Shown here: one piece after another, positions 27,449-36,925 of the stretch
Position numbering within the stretch: the first letter of the stretch is position 1
Layout of the letters: the number at the start of each line of letters is the position of its first letter
NCBI GenBank assembly: GCA_965218795.1
Contig: OZ244653.1
Location: 3,232,001 to 3,296,000, forward strand
Source: a bacterium
GTDB lineage: Bacteria; UBA8248; JACPRG01; G963555815
DNA: 64,000 bases
Direction: 5' to 3'
Notes under the pieces: model-generated
The model's input: only the letters and a program-made list of their open reading frames with translations
Databases searched by the model: none
What the model was told of the DNA's origin: nothing
Made by a program: the position numbers and the translations under genes

Positions 27449-28072
27449 TTAGTCGGGTTCCTGAGCGCTCTGTGGGTGATGTCCGTTTGTCCTTGGGCAG
27501 ATATGGCCCTGCGGATCGATGGGTTGATTGCAAAGGGGGCAGATGGGGCGGCCTCCCATGCAGACCTCCTGGGCCTGCTGGCACATCTCCGAAAGGATGT
27601 CCCGATTGGCTTGAAAGCTGACGGTCGGCTCGACGCTCGACAGGGCCTCTTCCAGACGGTCGCCCGCCTCCGGATCTTCGCCCTCTTTTTCATCCAGCTC
27701 TTCCTCGGAGGCCTCGGCCGCCGCTTCCAGCGTCTCCGTGATGGAATCCACATCGTGGACCAAAAAGACAAACTGGTCGCTTTCCTGATCGTAACCCATA
27801 CCCATCCGACCGATCTTGATCTCCAAGGCCCGATACGCTTCATCCGATATGCGCTCGGATCCGGCTGAGAGGGTTCCGCGGTTGGAAGGGGTCACGCTGA
27901 GCATCCGCTCGATGGAGATCGCAAGGTTGTAGAGCTGCTCCTTTTCGAGCCAGAGGCAGGCGCCTCCCATGCTGGCATCGACCAGGAGGCGAAATGTCCT
28001 TTTCCCGGGATAACCGATGGCTTCAGCCTTGAAGACCTTCACCTGGCCCAAATCATGCTGTGCTTCGCTCAT
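27449..28072 (-). CDS. DUF3090-family protein
   Basis: AIGYPGKRTFRL, LEKEQL and a C-terminal GRPICPLCNQPIDPQGHICPRTNGH Zn finger. Confidence 0.88.
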   Translation of the reverse strand: MSEAQHDLGQVKVFKAEAIGYPGKRTFRLLVDASMGGACLWLEKEQLYNLAISIERMLSVTPSNRGTLSAGSERISDEAYRALEIKIGRMGMGYDQESDQFVFLVHDVDSITETLEAAAEASEEELDEKEGEDPEAGDRLEEALSSVEPTVSFQANRDILSEMCQQAQEVCMGGRPICPLCNQPIDPQGHICPRTNGHHPQSAQEPD

Positions 28073-28252
28073 ATCTCTTGACTGAATGGAGTTGTCCAGC
28101 GGACGGAAGAAACGGGTTCTCCCGATTTCCTCGGCTTATACCCCACCGGGAGGCGCTTGTAAACGAGTCCGCACGCGAGTTGATCTACGATATCCCTTAT
28201 TTCGCTCATCATCCCAGGCCCTGGGATTCCGCCCCAGGGTCCCCGCCTGTTC

Positions 28253-29101
28253 CTATAGCGGAAACCGCGTTAATCGGAAAAGATTCCGGCTCATCAGCTC
28301 GCCGACGAGTACGGTCATCATGCCAATGTAAAAAAAACCTGTCGCTGTCCGCGTCGCATGCATTCGAAGGCTGATGATGATCACCAAGGCGACGAGAAAC
28401 GTCCCGATCAACCCGACGATCACCCTGCCCCAGAATTCCATGCCCCACTGGGTCAGGAAGACATTTCCGCCCCAGACCATCTGAACCTGCTCCGGCGTGA
28501 ACTCGTTCATGACGAGGGTCAAGAGGGCGGTCCCCTGACCCAGGAGAACCGCCAGGAGAAGCCAGGTGAACCGCCAGAGCGGGCGCAGCGGCAGGTCGGG
28601 TTTCACCAGGTAGTAATGCCCCAAGAGCATGCCCGTGAAGACCGTCCCCAACGCCAGGGTCGAAAGTACAAAATTCACCGGGAGGAGACCGGCCTGAAAG
28701 GAGGTCATCCCCGCTTCCCGGACCGCGATGGAGTTGTTCAGAATCGAGAAGACCCCAACCGCCGTGGCTGCGGTCAAGGTTCCTCTCGTCGCTCCATCGC
28801 TCCAACGGTACAGCGAGAGGAGATACAGCATCGTCAGAAAAGCGAATATGACCATCGCTCCGAATTCCCGGCCTTTCCACGTAGCCCACAGCGAAGATCC
28901 AAAAAGCGAGAGGAACCCCGTGTACTCCGGCGGCCGGGAAGCGACCCACCAATGAAGCAAGGCGAGAACAACGAAAATCCATGCGCAGGTCTTGAAGAAA
29001 CCCCTGCCGAGCACGCGAAGAGGAATGAACGCAAGCAGGCCCACACTCCCCACCAGGAACTGGGCAAAGGTAATGGAAAACATCTCTCGAATGACATCCA
29101 T
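28253..29101 (-). CDS. Polytopic membrane protein of unknown function (MLLGHxYL motif)
   Basis: About 8 hydrophobic segments. Motifs TGMLLGHYYL and TRTATGFFY. Confidence 0.75.
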   Translation of the reverse strand: MDVIREMFSITFAQFLVGSVGLLAFIPLRVLGRGFFKTCAWIFVVLALLHWWVASRPPEYTGFLSLFGSSLWATWKGREFGAMVIFAFLTMLYLLSLYRWSDGATRGTLTAATAVGVFSILNNSIAVREAGMTSFQAGLLPVNFVLSTLALGTVFTGMLLGHYYLVKPDLPLRPLWRFTWLLLAVLLGQGTALLTLVMNEFTPEQVQMVWGGNVFLTQWGMEFWGRVIVGLIGTFLVALVIIISLRMHATRTATGFFYIGMMTVLVGELMSRNLFRLTRFPL

Positions 29102-29165
29102 GGCCGAACGTCCAACTCAGTGAGCGAAGGATGGAACCTTCCGTGCGCCCCGCGCGAAAGCCGAT

Positions 29166-29570
29166 CTAATGGTCGGGGTTTTCGCCCTCGATGGGTTTTG
29201 AGATCTCCATGACGTATCCGTCCGGATCCTGCAACAGGAACATTCGGGTCCCCCAAGGCATCGACATCGGCTCGCAGATGAAGCTGACGTCGTGCTCTTT
29301 CAGTCGCTGGTATTCCGAATCGACATCGTCGGTGCGCAAGGTCAGGATGGATCCCCAGCCCCGTTCGCCGGGCTCCGGGTTGATTTTCCATTTCCGGAAC
29401 TCGTCCTGGGACAGATCTTCATGGATGACGACGTTGAAGCCGCCGACCTCGAACCGGGCATCCTGATCCCCTTCCCGCGCGACGGGGATGCCCAGGACAT
29501 CTCTGTAAAAGCCCACGGAGCGCTGTAAGTTCTTCACAAACAGAAATAAGGTCGAAACGCCGGTAATCAT
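29166..29570 (-). CDS. VOC/glyoxalase family protein
   Basis: Motifs RSVGFYRDVLG and PWGTRMFLLQDPDGYVMEI. Confidence 0.9.
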   Translation of the reverse strand: MITGVSTLFLFVKNLQRSVGFYRDVLGIPVAREGDQDARFEVGGFNVVIHEDLSQDEFRKWKINPEPGERGWGSILTLRTDDVDSEYQRLKEHDVSFICEPMSMPWGTRMFLLQDPDGYVMEISKPIEGENPDH

Positions 29571-29649
29571 TCTTCCGCCTCCCTCCGGACGTCAAAACCG
29601 AAATCAACGAGACGGCATCGCGAGAGTTCGTCGATTCGGCAGGTCTCCC

Positions 29650-30420
29650 TCAGGATACCTTCCTCGCCATGAACGACAAGTGACACTTTCGGGTCAACTC
29701 CCGGCCTCCATTTCTCAGATAGTCACGCAACCCATTCGCCCTTTGCTCGTTCAAGGTCCAGCCGTCAGGTTGCCGGGCCCGGTTGAGCAACACCCGTTCA
29801 GCCTCCGCAGAGGAATCGAAGACCAGCACCTCTTCTTCCACCCTGCCTCGATCCACGCGAAATTCGGCCTGGGTCAGCCGGCCCACAATCGTCTCCGCCG
29901 AGTAAGCAAAACGCGACGGAATCCCCGTTTCGCTCCATTGATCGGGATGGAGGGCGACCCCGGCAAACACCGAACCCTCTCCCAGGGCCCGGCCCGCCCG
30001 CTCAATCATCGGATCAGACATGCAAAGATGAGCCGTGACGACATCCGGCCGGCCCCCCCACTGCGGCTCGTCATATTCGACCGTCTCGACGTCGGCAACG
30101 GCGAAGAAGATATTAGCCGACTTCTCCTTCGCCGCCTTTTCCCCAGCCCGCCGGATCGCTTGTTCATCCCGATCCAGCCCCCCGATTCTTTCGGCGTGAG
30201 GCGAAAGCGCAAAGGTCAGTTTTCCGTCTCCGCAGCCCAGATCGAGTACATGTTTTCCGCTGAGCCCTTCCTCGGTCAGCCAGCTCAAAAATGCAGGACT
30301 GAGATCCGAATGCTTCGAATTCGAGCGGAGGTCCGGGGGATAAGGAATTCTTTTTGTGTCCCGCTCGAAAACCGCGTGCGGGTTCGCCGACGGACCCGGC
30401 GCTGGCGGGGCGTCCCTCAC
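29650..30420 (-). CDS. Class I SAM-dependent methyltransferase
   Basis: VLDLGCGDG, GLDRD and FAVADVE. The GTG start overlaps the HD gene stop (GTGA). Confidence 0.85.
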   Translation of the reverse strand: MRDAPPAPGPSANPHAVFERDTKRIPYPPDLRSNSKHSDLSPAFLSWLTEEGLSGKHVLDLGCGDGKLTFALSPHAERIGGLDRDEQAIRRAGEKAAKEKSANIFFAVADVETVEYDEPQWGGRPDVVTAHLCMSDPMIERAGRALGEGSVFAGVALHPDQWSETGIPSRFAYSAETIVGRLTQAEFRVDRGRVEEEVLVFDSSAEAERVLLNRARQPDGWTLNEQRANGLRDYLRNGGRELTRKCHLSFMARKVS

Positions 30421-30977
30421 CCTGCGAGCCCGAGCTTCTCGGAGTTCGCTCTCATGGCGTCCAAGACGGTTTGCAGGTGCTCATCCAGAGGAACGCCCAG
30501 GTCTTCTGTCGCATGTTCAATCTGTTCCCGGTTGACGCCTTTCGCAAACGCCTTGTCTTTCCATTTTTTCTTGATGGATTTGATTTTCATGTCGGAGATG
30601 TCTTTCATGGGTCGGACCAGAACGCAGGCCGTAATCAGCCCCACCAGCTCGTCCACCGCGAAGAGGGTCTTTGCGAGATTCGTCGCCCGGGGGACGTTCA
30701 AATACTCCGCGTGTCCCTTGATGGCCTCCAGCCCCTCTTCGGGGAACCCCTTTTCCTCCAGCACCTTGACCCCCACCATGGGATGCTCCTCCAGCGAGGG
30801 GTGTTTCTCGTAATCCAGATCATGCATCAGGCCCACGATTCCCCAGAATTCCTCGTCCTCCCCGTACATGCGGGCGTAGGCGCGCATGGCGCTCTCCACC
30901 GCCAACGCATGCTTCCTGAGATTTTCGCTTTGGGTCCATTCGTGAAGAAGGGCCTCGGCCTCGGCCCGGGTCATCAT
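30417..30977 (-). CDS. HD-domain (HDIG-type) phosphohydrolase
   Basis: LRKHALAVE, GLMHDLDYE, AVDELVGLI and DKAFAKGVNR. Overlaps the cofE stop. Confidence 0.9.
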   Translation of the reverse strand: MMTRAEAEALLHEWTQSENLRKHALAVESAMRAYARMYGEDEEFWGIVGLMHDLDYEKHPSLEEHPMVGVKVLEEKGFPEEGLEAIKGHAEYLNVPRATNLAKTLFAVDELVGLITACVLVRPMKDISDMKIKSIKKKWKDKAFAKGVNREQIEHATEDLGVPLDEHLQTVLDAMRANSEKLGLAG

Positions 30978-31756
30978 CGTCTGCCGCCTCCTCGGAATAA
31001 ATCTTCGTCCTTCGTCCGGAAAAGAACGTGAGCGCCCACTTCGCCCTTCTCGAATTTCAGTCCCCGTATGAGGACGGCCGGCCGGCCCTCCGCCGTCTGA
31101 CCCATCAATAGGGAAGCCGCGGCCGCGGCCTCGTCCGCCTGGGCCACGATGGTGACCTCCAGCCGCCGGCCGAAAAGATCCCGCTGACCCCTGCGATCCA
31201 ATAACGGCGCAATTCCAGCCGCCCCGATAGCTACGCCCGCGACCCCCCGACGGAATGGCCGTCCGTGGGTGTCGGCGACAATAACGCCGACCTCGGCATC
31301 CGCGCGTTCCCGGATCCCGTCGCGAATCTCTCGGGCCGATCGATCCGAGTCCTCCGGCAGCAGGACGACGGTGTCTTCTCCCTGCGAACCTTCTGCGGTG
31401 TTGGAGTGGTCCACGCCGGCGTTTGCGCAGACGACGCCCGTGCGGTGTTCCATCACCAGGGCCGCCCTGGATGCCAGGACCACTTCGTTGGACTCACGGA
31501 GAACGACTTCCACCAAACGGGGGTCGCGATCCGTCGCGGCCGCCAGTTCCCGGGCCCGTTCCGACGGCTCCACCTGCGACAGCCGGATCCAACGGCCTTC
31601 CGCTTTGGAGATGATTTTCTGGGCCACAACCAGGACGTCTCCCGTGAGGAATTCCATGCGGGCCGTGGCCGCCGAACGGCACAGAATCTCCACGAGATCG
31701 TCACCCGGCCGAACGGCGGGGATATCCGGCAGGGCCCAGCATTGATAGCCGTTCAC
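30974..31756 (-). CDS. cofE: F420-0:gamma-glutamyl ligase
   Basis: Motifs GDVLVVAQKIISKAEGR, CANAGVDHSN, DTHGRPFRRG and DLFR. Confidence 0.95.
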   Translation of the reverse strand: MNGYQCWALPDIPAVRPGDDLVEILCRSAATARMEFLTGDVLVVAQKIISKAEGRWIRLSQVEPSERARELAAATDRDPRLVEVVLRESNEVVLASRAALVMEHRTGVVCANAGVDHSNTAEGSQGEDTVVLLPEDSDRSAREIRDGIRERADAEVGVIVADTHGRPFRRGVAGVAIGAAGIAPLLDRRGQRDLFGRRLEVTIVAQADEAAAAASLLMGQTAEGRPAVLIRGLKFEKGEVGAHVLFRTKDEDLFRGGGRR

Positions 31757-32433
31757 GACGGCACCACAGGTCCCGAGGCCAGGGTCAAGGCCAGCCTTTT
31801 CCGCGTCGCCGCATCCAGGGCGCCTTGGAGCGCGTCGAAATCCTCCGGCAGGTCGACGTCCAATGCCAACCCCGTCGCCGTATACGTCTGAAAGTCGACG
31901 CCTTTTTCCTCCGCCTGGTTCCGGTGTCTGGCGAAACTATCCGTACCGTACGCAGGCGAGATGACATGGGGCGGATCGAGCAGCAAAGCGTTCGTCCCGT
32001 CCCTCCTGCGGGAAGGCGCGCCTACGACGCAGGGCGGCCCGGCGCTGCCCAACTCGGCCAGCGCGTCCACATCTTCCGCTTTCAACAACGGGAGGTCAGC
32101 GGGGATGATCAGAATCCTTTCCGACATCCCTGCCGGCGCGACGGCTTCCGGGAGGGCCGATGTGAGCGAGTCGACGGCCTCGTGAAGCGCACCGTTCAGG
32201 TCTTTCGACGTTTCGTAAAAGGATTCCACACCCATGGCCTGACCGGCCGCCTGAACGTCCACGTCCTGCGACACAAGCAAGATCCGGCCCACAGACTGCG
32301 CCGCGGTCACCGTTTGCAGCACGCGCTCCATCATCCAGAAAGTCAACCGGGCGCGGGCCTCCTCATCCAGGACCGGCGAAAGCCGCGTCTTGCTGTTCCG
32401 AAAGCCTTTCACGGGGATGAGCGCGATCATCAA
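31753..32433 (-). CDS. cofC: 2-phospho-L-lactate/PEP guanylyltransferase (CofC/FbiD)
   Basis: Motifs IPVKGFRNSKTRLSPVL, PADLPLL, GTNALLL, YGTDSFARH and DVDLPED. Confidence 0.95.
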   Translation of the reverse strand: MMIALIPVKGFRNSKTRLSPVLDEEARARLTFWMMERVLQTVTAAQSVGRILLVSQDVDVQAAGQAMGVESFYETSKDLNGALHEAVDSLTSALPEAVAPAGMSERILIIPADLPLLKAEDVDALAELGSAGPPCVVGAPSRRRDGTNALLLDPPHVISPAYGTDSFARHRNQAEEKGVDFQTYTATGLALDVDLPEDFDALQGALDAATRKRLALTLASGPVVPS

Positions 32434-33431
32434 GAAGGAGACCGTCTGTGAAAAGGTTGAGCCGAACCCTGGCCGCCTCCCGGGAAGCCGTCTTCAATCG
32501 CCTGAGAGAATTCCAGCACCTCGCGGGCGAGTTGGGTCTTCTCTTCCGAACGATTCATGATGGTGTTCGTGACCTGAACCCGCAACCCCATACCCTCGAT
32601 GGTATCCGCCTCGTCCCGGTCCATCTCGTCTAGCACGAAGCCGTCGAGCAAGTCAACGTAACGCCGCGCAACCCCGGCGGCCGAAGGCTCTTCGCCCAGC
32701 TCCCGCATCATTTTGGCCGCCGGACCTTTGAGCGCCTCCCCCCCCACGATGGGACTCACCGCGACCTTGGGCCCGGGGGCGGAACGAATCGCTTCTCTGA
32801 TACCGGGCAGATCCAAAATCGGCCCCAGGCTCACATAGGGGTTGGACGGGCAAAAGACGACCGCCCGCGCCCCGGCCAAAGCGGTCAAGACCTCTCGTGC
32901 CGGCCGCGCGTCATCCATCCCCTCGAACCGCACTCCGGTGATCGGCACGTCCGCCCGTCTGGCCACGAAATAATCCTGAAAATCGAGATCTCCCTCCCCG
33001 GTGATGACTTTCGTCCGTACCGGCGCGTCGGTCATCGGCAATACGGTGGTACGAATTCCCAAAGCCTGGCAGAGACGGCGGGTCACCTCGGTGAGTGATT
33101 GTCCCTGATGGAGAAGCTCCCGCCGGAGCAGATGGGTTCCGATGTCCCGGTCTCCCAGACGGAACCAGGCCGGATGGCCATATCGTTCGAGCATATCCAA
33201 CGCCTGGGTCGTATCCGACACCACCCCCCATCCCTGCTCGGGATCGGCCAAGCCGGCCAGTGTATACATCACGGTGTCCAGATCCGGTGAGACGTGAAGC
33301 CCGTAAAGCTCCAAATCGTCGGCCGTATTCACCACCGCCGTGATCGCCTCCGGGGCGACGGCAAGGGTCAGGCCCAGGACCAGCTTGGCCCCGCCTACCC
33401 CGCCTGCGAGAGCGACAATGGCGCCGTTCAT
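32430..33431 (-). CDS. cofD: 2-phospho-L-lactate transferase (CofD/FbiA)
   Basis: Motifs LAGGVGGAKL, SPDLDTVMYTLAG, WFRLGDRD, PSNPYVSLGPIL and KGPAAKMM. Confidence 0.96.
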   Translation of the reverse strand: MNGAIVALAGGVGGAKLVLGLTLAVAPEAITAVVNTADDLELYGLHVSPDLDTVMYTLAGLADPEQGWGVVSDTTQALDMLERYGHPAWFRLGDRDIGTHLLRRELLHQGQSLTEVTRRLCQALGIRTTVLPMTDAPVRTKVITGEGDLDFQDYFVARRADVPITGVRFEGMDDARPAREVLTALAGARAVVFCPSNPYVSLGPILDLPGIREAIRSAPGPKVAVSPIVGGEALKGPAAKMMRELGEEPSAAGVARRYVDLLDGFVLDEMDRDEADTIEGMGLRVQVTNTIMNRSEEKTQLAREVLEFSQAIEDGFPGGGQGSAQPFHRRSPS

Positions 33432-34052
33432 TCAACGATGGAGAATGGAGAGTTCGAAAGGCGGGCGTGCCGGCGGCTCATCCGCCGGCGGCCGGCCGAA
33501 GGCGACAAGAATGTGCGGATGGAAATGCGCCGGAAGATCCAGAACGGACCGAACCACGTCCGGACAGAAGAGGGGGGCGCAGACCCAACAGGCTGCGACG
33601 TTCTCGGCGTGCGCGGCCAGGAGAACATTCTGAACGGCGGCCCCCAGGCTCTGGGTCCCCATGGCTTCTTCACACTGCCGACGGAATGCATCGGGGTAAC
33701 GATCCAGATCCTCCTTGTACAGGCATGCGATCAGCAGGGCGCTGGCGGGAAGAAGCAAATCGAGAGACTTCTGGATTCTGGCTCGAATTCGCTCTTCAGA
33801 AAGAATGCCGTCGTCCCGCAGGTCTTTCTTGAACGCGGCCGCCATCTCATGGACCAGCCGAACTTTGACTTCGATCGTGGAGACCAGGACGAACCGCCAA
33901 GGCCGGGTCTTGTGAGGGGAAGGCGCCCACCCCGCGGCTTGGATAAAACGATGGAGAGATTCGACGGGGACGCGACCGGGCCCGAACTGGCGGCGGGACC
34001 GGCGGCTCTTCAGAAACTGGAGATAGAAGTCTCCGTCCTGTGATTTCTTCAT
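33432..34052 (-). CDS. Stand-alone nitroreductase, FbiB C-terminal/FbiE-like dehydro-F420 reductase
   Basis: RRSRRQF, APSPHKTRPWRFV, GAAVQNVLLA and CWVCAPLFCPDVVR as in the FbiB C-terminal domain. Located inside the cof operon. Confidence 0.85.
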   Translation of the reverse strand: MKKSQDGDFYLQFLKSRRSRRQFGPGRVPVESLHRFIQAAGWAPSPHKTRPWRFVLVSTIEVKVRLVHEMAAAFKKDLRDDGILSEERIRARIQKSLDLLLPASALLIACLYKEDLDRYPDAFRRQCEEAMGTQSLGAAVQNVLLAAHAENVAACWVCAPLFCPDVVRSVLDLPAHFHPHILVAFGRPPADEPPARPPFELSILHR

Positions 34053-34084
34053 GCTGGAAACGGAGGAGATAGCGACTCCGGAAG

Positions 34085-35215
34085 TCAGTTCGAAGACACG
34101 GGTGCGGCGGCGGACTCATCGGAATATCGCTTCTCATAGAGGGTGGTCCGCTCAACCGGGGTTCGGCCGTTGTTGACGATAATCTCTCGAAGTTCGTCCA
34201 CGGACGCGCGGTCCCCCCATTCAGAGCCCGACATATTGGAGATCTTCTCCTCCATCAGGGTACCCCCGACATCGTTGCATCCGAGCCGGAGGGCCTCGCC
34301 CGCGGCTTCGATCCCGATTTTCGGCCAACTCGACTGAATATTCAGGATCGTCTCGCGAAAATAAATCCGGCTGACAGCGTAGAGCTTGAATACCTCCTCA
34401 TTGGGGATCATTCGGGAAATCCGAAATCGTCGCCCGAGCGCGTTGTCGTATGGAATGAAAGGAAGAGGTACGAATTCGGTGAAGCCGCCGGTTTCCTTCT
34501 GAATGGACCGGATGATCTCGATATGTTCTCCGATCTCTTCTGGCTCCTCGACATGGCCGAACATGATGGTGGCGGTCGCGGGACCGCCCTGTTTGTGGAT
34601 CTCTTTCATAATCTCGACCCACCGTTCGGTCGTCAGCTTATCCGCGCAGATGATCTTCCGCACCCGCTCCACCAGAATTTCCGCGGCGGTGCCGGGGGTG
34701 CTGCCCAGTCCGGCTTCGCGGAGATCCGAAACGATGTCGGCGATCGGCTTGCCCGACAACTCCGCCATGTAATTGATCTCTTCGCAGGAATAGGCGTGGA
34801 TATGGATGTCGGGCGCGGCCCGCTTCACCTGCTTCAGCAGATTCAGGTAATACTCATAGGTGACAAACGGATGCAAGCCCCCTTGGATGCAGACCTCGGT
34901 GGCCCCGTACTCCAGGGCCTCGATGACTTTTCGCTCGATCTCTTCGTCGGTGACGAAGTACGCCCCCTCCTGTCCCGCTTTTCGCGAAAATCCGCAAAAC
35001 TGGCAGCTTCCTACACAGATATTCGTAAAATTCATATTCCGGTTAATCACATAGGTGGCCTCGCTCCCGTTGATCTCAGCCCGAATGGCGTCCGCCAGAT
35101 CGAAGAGCCGGCTCACTTCGTCAGGGTCGGCCGTTCTCAACAAAGCGGCTGCGTCCCGGGGTCCGATCTCCTTGCCTTGCTCGGCCTTCCGATAGGCTTC
35201 GGCGAAAGTGGGCAT
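34085..35215 (-). CDS. cofH: FO synthase subunit 2 (radical SAM)
   Basis: NRNMNFTNICVGSCQFCGF, EVCIQGGLHP, PGTAAEIL, GGFTEFVPLPF and GGTLMEEKIS. Start MPTF at 35215. Confidence 0.93.
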   Translation of the reverse strand: MPTFAEAYRKAEQGKEIGPRDAAALLRTADPDEVSRLFDLADAIRAEINGSEATYVINRNMNFTNICVGSCQFCGFSRKAGQEGAYFVTDEEIERKVIEALEYGATEVCIQGGLHPFVTYEYYLNLLKQVKRAAPDIHIHAYSCEEINYMAELSGKPIADIVSDLREAGLGSTPGTAAEILVERVRKIICADKLTTERWVEIMKEIHKQGGPATATIMFGHVEEPEEIGEHIEIIRSIQKETGGFTEFVPLPFIPYDNALGRRFRISRMIPNEEVFKLYAVSRIYFRETILNIQSSWPKIGIEAAGEALRLGCNDVGGTLMEEKISNMSGSEWGDRASVDELREIIVNNGRTPVERTTLYEKRYSDESAAAPVSSN

Positions 35216-35226
35216 CAAGTCTGTCC

Positions 35227-36207
35227 TCAGATGAAAAGCGCCGGCCTGAACGAGGCCATCACAGCGCCGACGGTGGGAGAATACCACCCGCGCTCGACAT
35301 ACTCATCGTAGACGGGCAGGCGAAGTTGAAGATCAAGATCGGATTCGGCCAGATGCCGGCGTAGGCCTTCGATGTCCGGCCAGGGGTGGTTCGGATTGAT
35401 CAGGTCCGGCTCCTCGGAGAGACCGCCGAGATCGTCCGCGCCGGCTTCGACCGCTTCCAGGACGTGTGGGACCAGATTGGGCGGAATCTGGATGTGCACG
35501 TCCTCGGGCAGAATCTCCCGCGCCTCGCGGATCATATCCAACGTCTCCTCCTTGGAGGGCTCTTCCCATCCGGCCATGGGGGTGTTTTCCTGCACGTTCA
35601 GAGGCTGCACGATAACTTCCATCAAATGTCCATAGGCTTCGTGCAGCTTGGCCAGGGCCTCCAGCGTGCGGGTCCGATCTTCGCGGCTCTCGCCGATTCC
35701 GAAGAGGATGCCCGAGGTGAAGGGGATCCGCAACTCGCCCGCCGCCCGGACGGTTTCCAGCCGCAACGCCGGGGACTTCGTCGGCGCGAATTTGTGTGCG
35801 AGGCCGTTCTCAACGGCGGGGCTCAGAGACTCCAGCATCACTCCCATCGAGGCGTTCACTTCCTTCAGGCCGTCCAGCTCATTCCGGGTCAGCGTACCGA
35901 TATTCGTGTGCGGCAGCAAATCCTCCTCCAGAAGGATTTCACAAGCCCGACGAATGTAATCCACATACGTGGAGAAACCCCACGCGTTCAGTTCCGTCCG
36001 CATCTTCGGATGAGCGTCCGCCTGTTCACCCGTCATCACCAAAACTTCCACCGCGCCCTTGGCCGCTTCTCGGCGGGCCGTCTCGCGGATTTCCCCCTGC
36101 GTCATCAGGACGGGTTCGCTGGACCGAAAGGAGCAGTATCCGCAGTGATTTCGACACCAGTAGGTAACGGGGAGAGTAAAATTCCTCGAATAGGTGACCG
36201 TCTTCAC
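35227..36207 (-). CDS. cofG: FO synthase subunit 1 (radical SAM)
   Basis: VTYSRN..PVTYWCRNHCGYCSF, LLPHTNIG, IQIPPNL and D.INPNHPWP. Confidence 0.93.
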   Translation of the reverse strand: MKTVTYSRNFTLPVTYWCRNHCGYCSFRSSEPVLMTQGEIRETARREAAKGAVEVLVMTGEQADAHPKMRTELNAWGFSTYVDYIRRACEILLEEDLLPHTNIGTLTRNELDGLKEVNASMGVMLESLSPAVENGLAHKFAPTKSPALRLETVRAAGELRIPFTSGILFGIGESREDRTRTLEALAKLHEAYGHLMEVIVQPLNVQENTPMAGWEEPSKEETLDMIREAREILPEDVHIQIPPNLVPHVLEAVEAGADDLGGLSEEPDLINPNHPWPDIEGLRRHLAESDLDLQLRLPVYDEYVERGWYSPTVGAVMASFRPALFI

Positions 36208-36324
36208 AGAGGCTGTCCTTCCAAGTCTGTCGGTAAACCTATTCTAGCATACCAACCTGCGGCGGATTTTCTCGGAAATCTTCACTGTGCATGGAGTCTG
36301 ACGGATATCAGCCGAAAACCGGGT

Positions 36325-36918
36325 TCAGGAAACGGGGTGGACCTTCTCGTATGCGGCAATCCTGGATTCGTGTTGGAGCGTCAAGGCGATATCGTCCAGA
36401 CCTTCAAGCAGGCATTGCTTCTGGAAAGAATCGATCTCGAAGGCGTACGGGGCGCCGTCCGGAGCCGTCACGGTCTGCGCTTCCAAATCTATCGAGATTC
36501 GGTAATCCTTTTGCCTCTCGCTTTCGGCCGCCAACCGGTCAAAGGGTTCCCCTTCCAGGCGGATCGGGAGCAGCCCGTTCTTGAAGCAGTTGTTGTAAAA
36601 AATATCGGCGTAGGAAGGAGCAATGACGACGCGGAATCCGGCCTGTTGAATCGCCCAGGGGGCATGCTCTCGGGAACTTCCGCATCCGAAGTTTCTGCCC
36701 GCAAGAAGGATTTCGCAATCCTGATACTCCGGCCGGTTCAGAATGAAGTCCGGCTTCGGTTTGCCGTCGGGCTCAAATCGCCAGTCGAAGAAGAGAAACC
36801 GGCCGAATCCCGTCCGCTCGATTCGCTTCAGGAACTGTTTTGGAATGATCTGATCGGTATCCACGTCCGCGCGGTTGAGCGGTAGAACCTTGCCCGTAAA
36901 ATTCCTGAAAGGATCCAT
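36325..36918 (-). CDS. leuD: 3-isopropylmalate dehydratase small subunit
   Basis: Motifs [14 protein letters not shown] and [13 protein letters not shown]. Confidence 0.98.
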   Translation of the reverse strand: MDPFRNFTGKVLPLNRADVDTDQIIPKQFLKRIERTGFGRFLFFDWRFEPDGKPKPDFILNRPEYQDCEILLAGRNFGCGSSREHAPWAIQQAGFRVVIAPSYADIFYNNCFKNGLLPIRLEGEPFDRLAAESERQKDYRISIDLEAQTVTAPDGAPYAFEIDSFQKQCLLEGLDDIALTLQHESRIAAYEKVHPVS

Positions 36919-36925
36919 GATTTCC

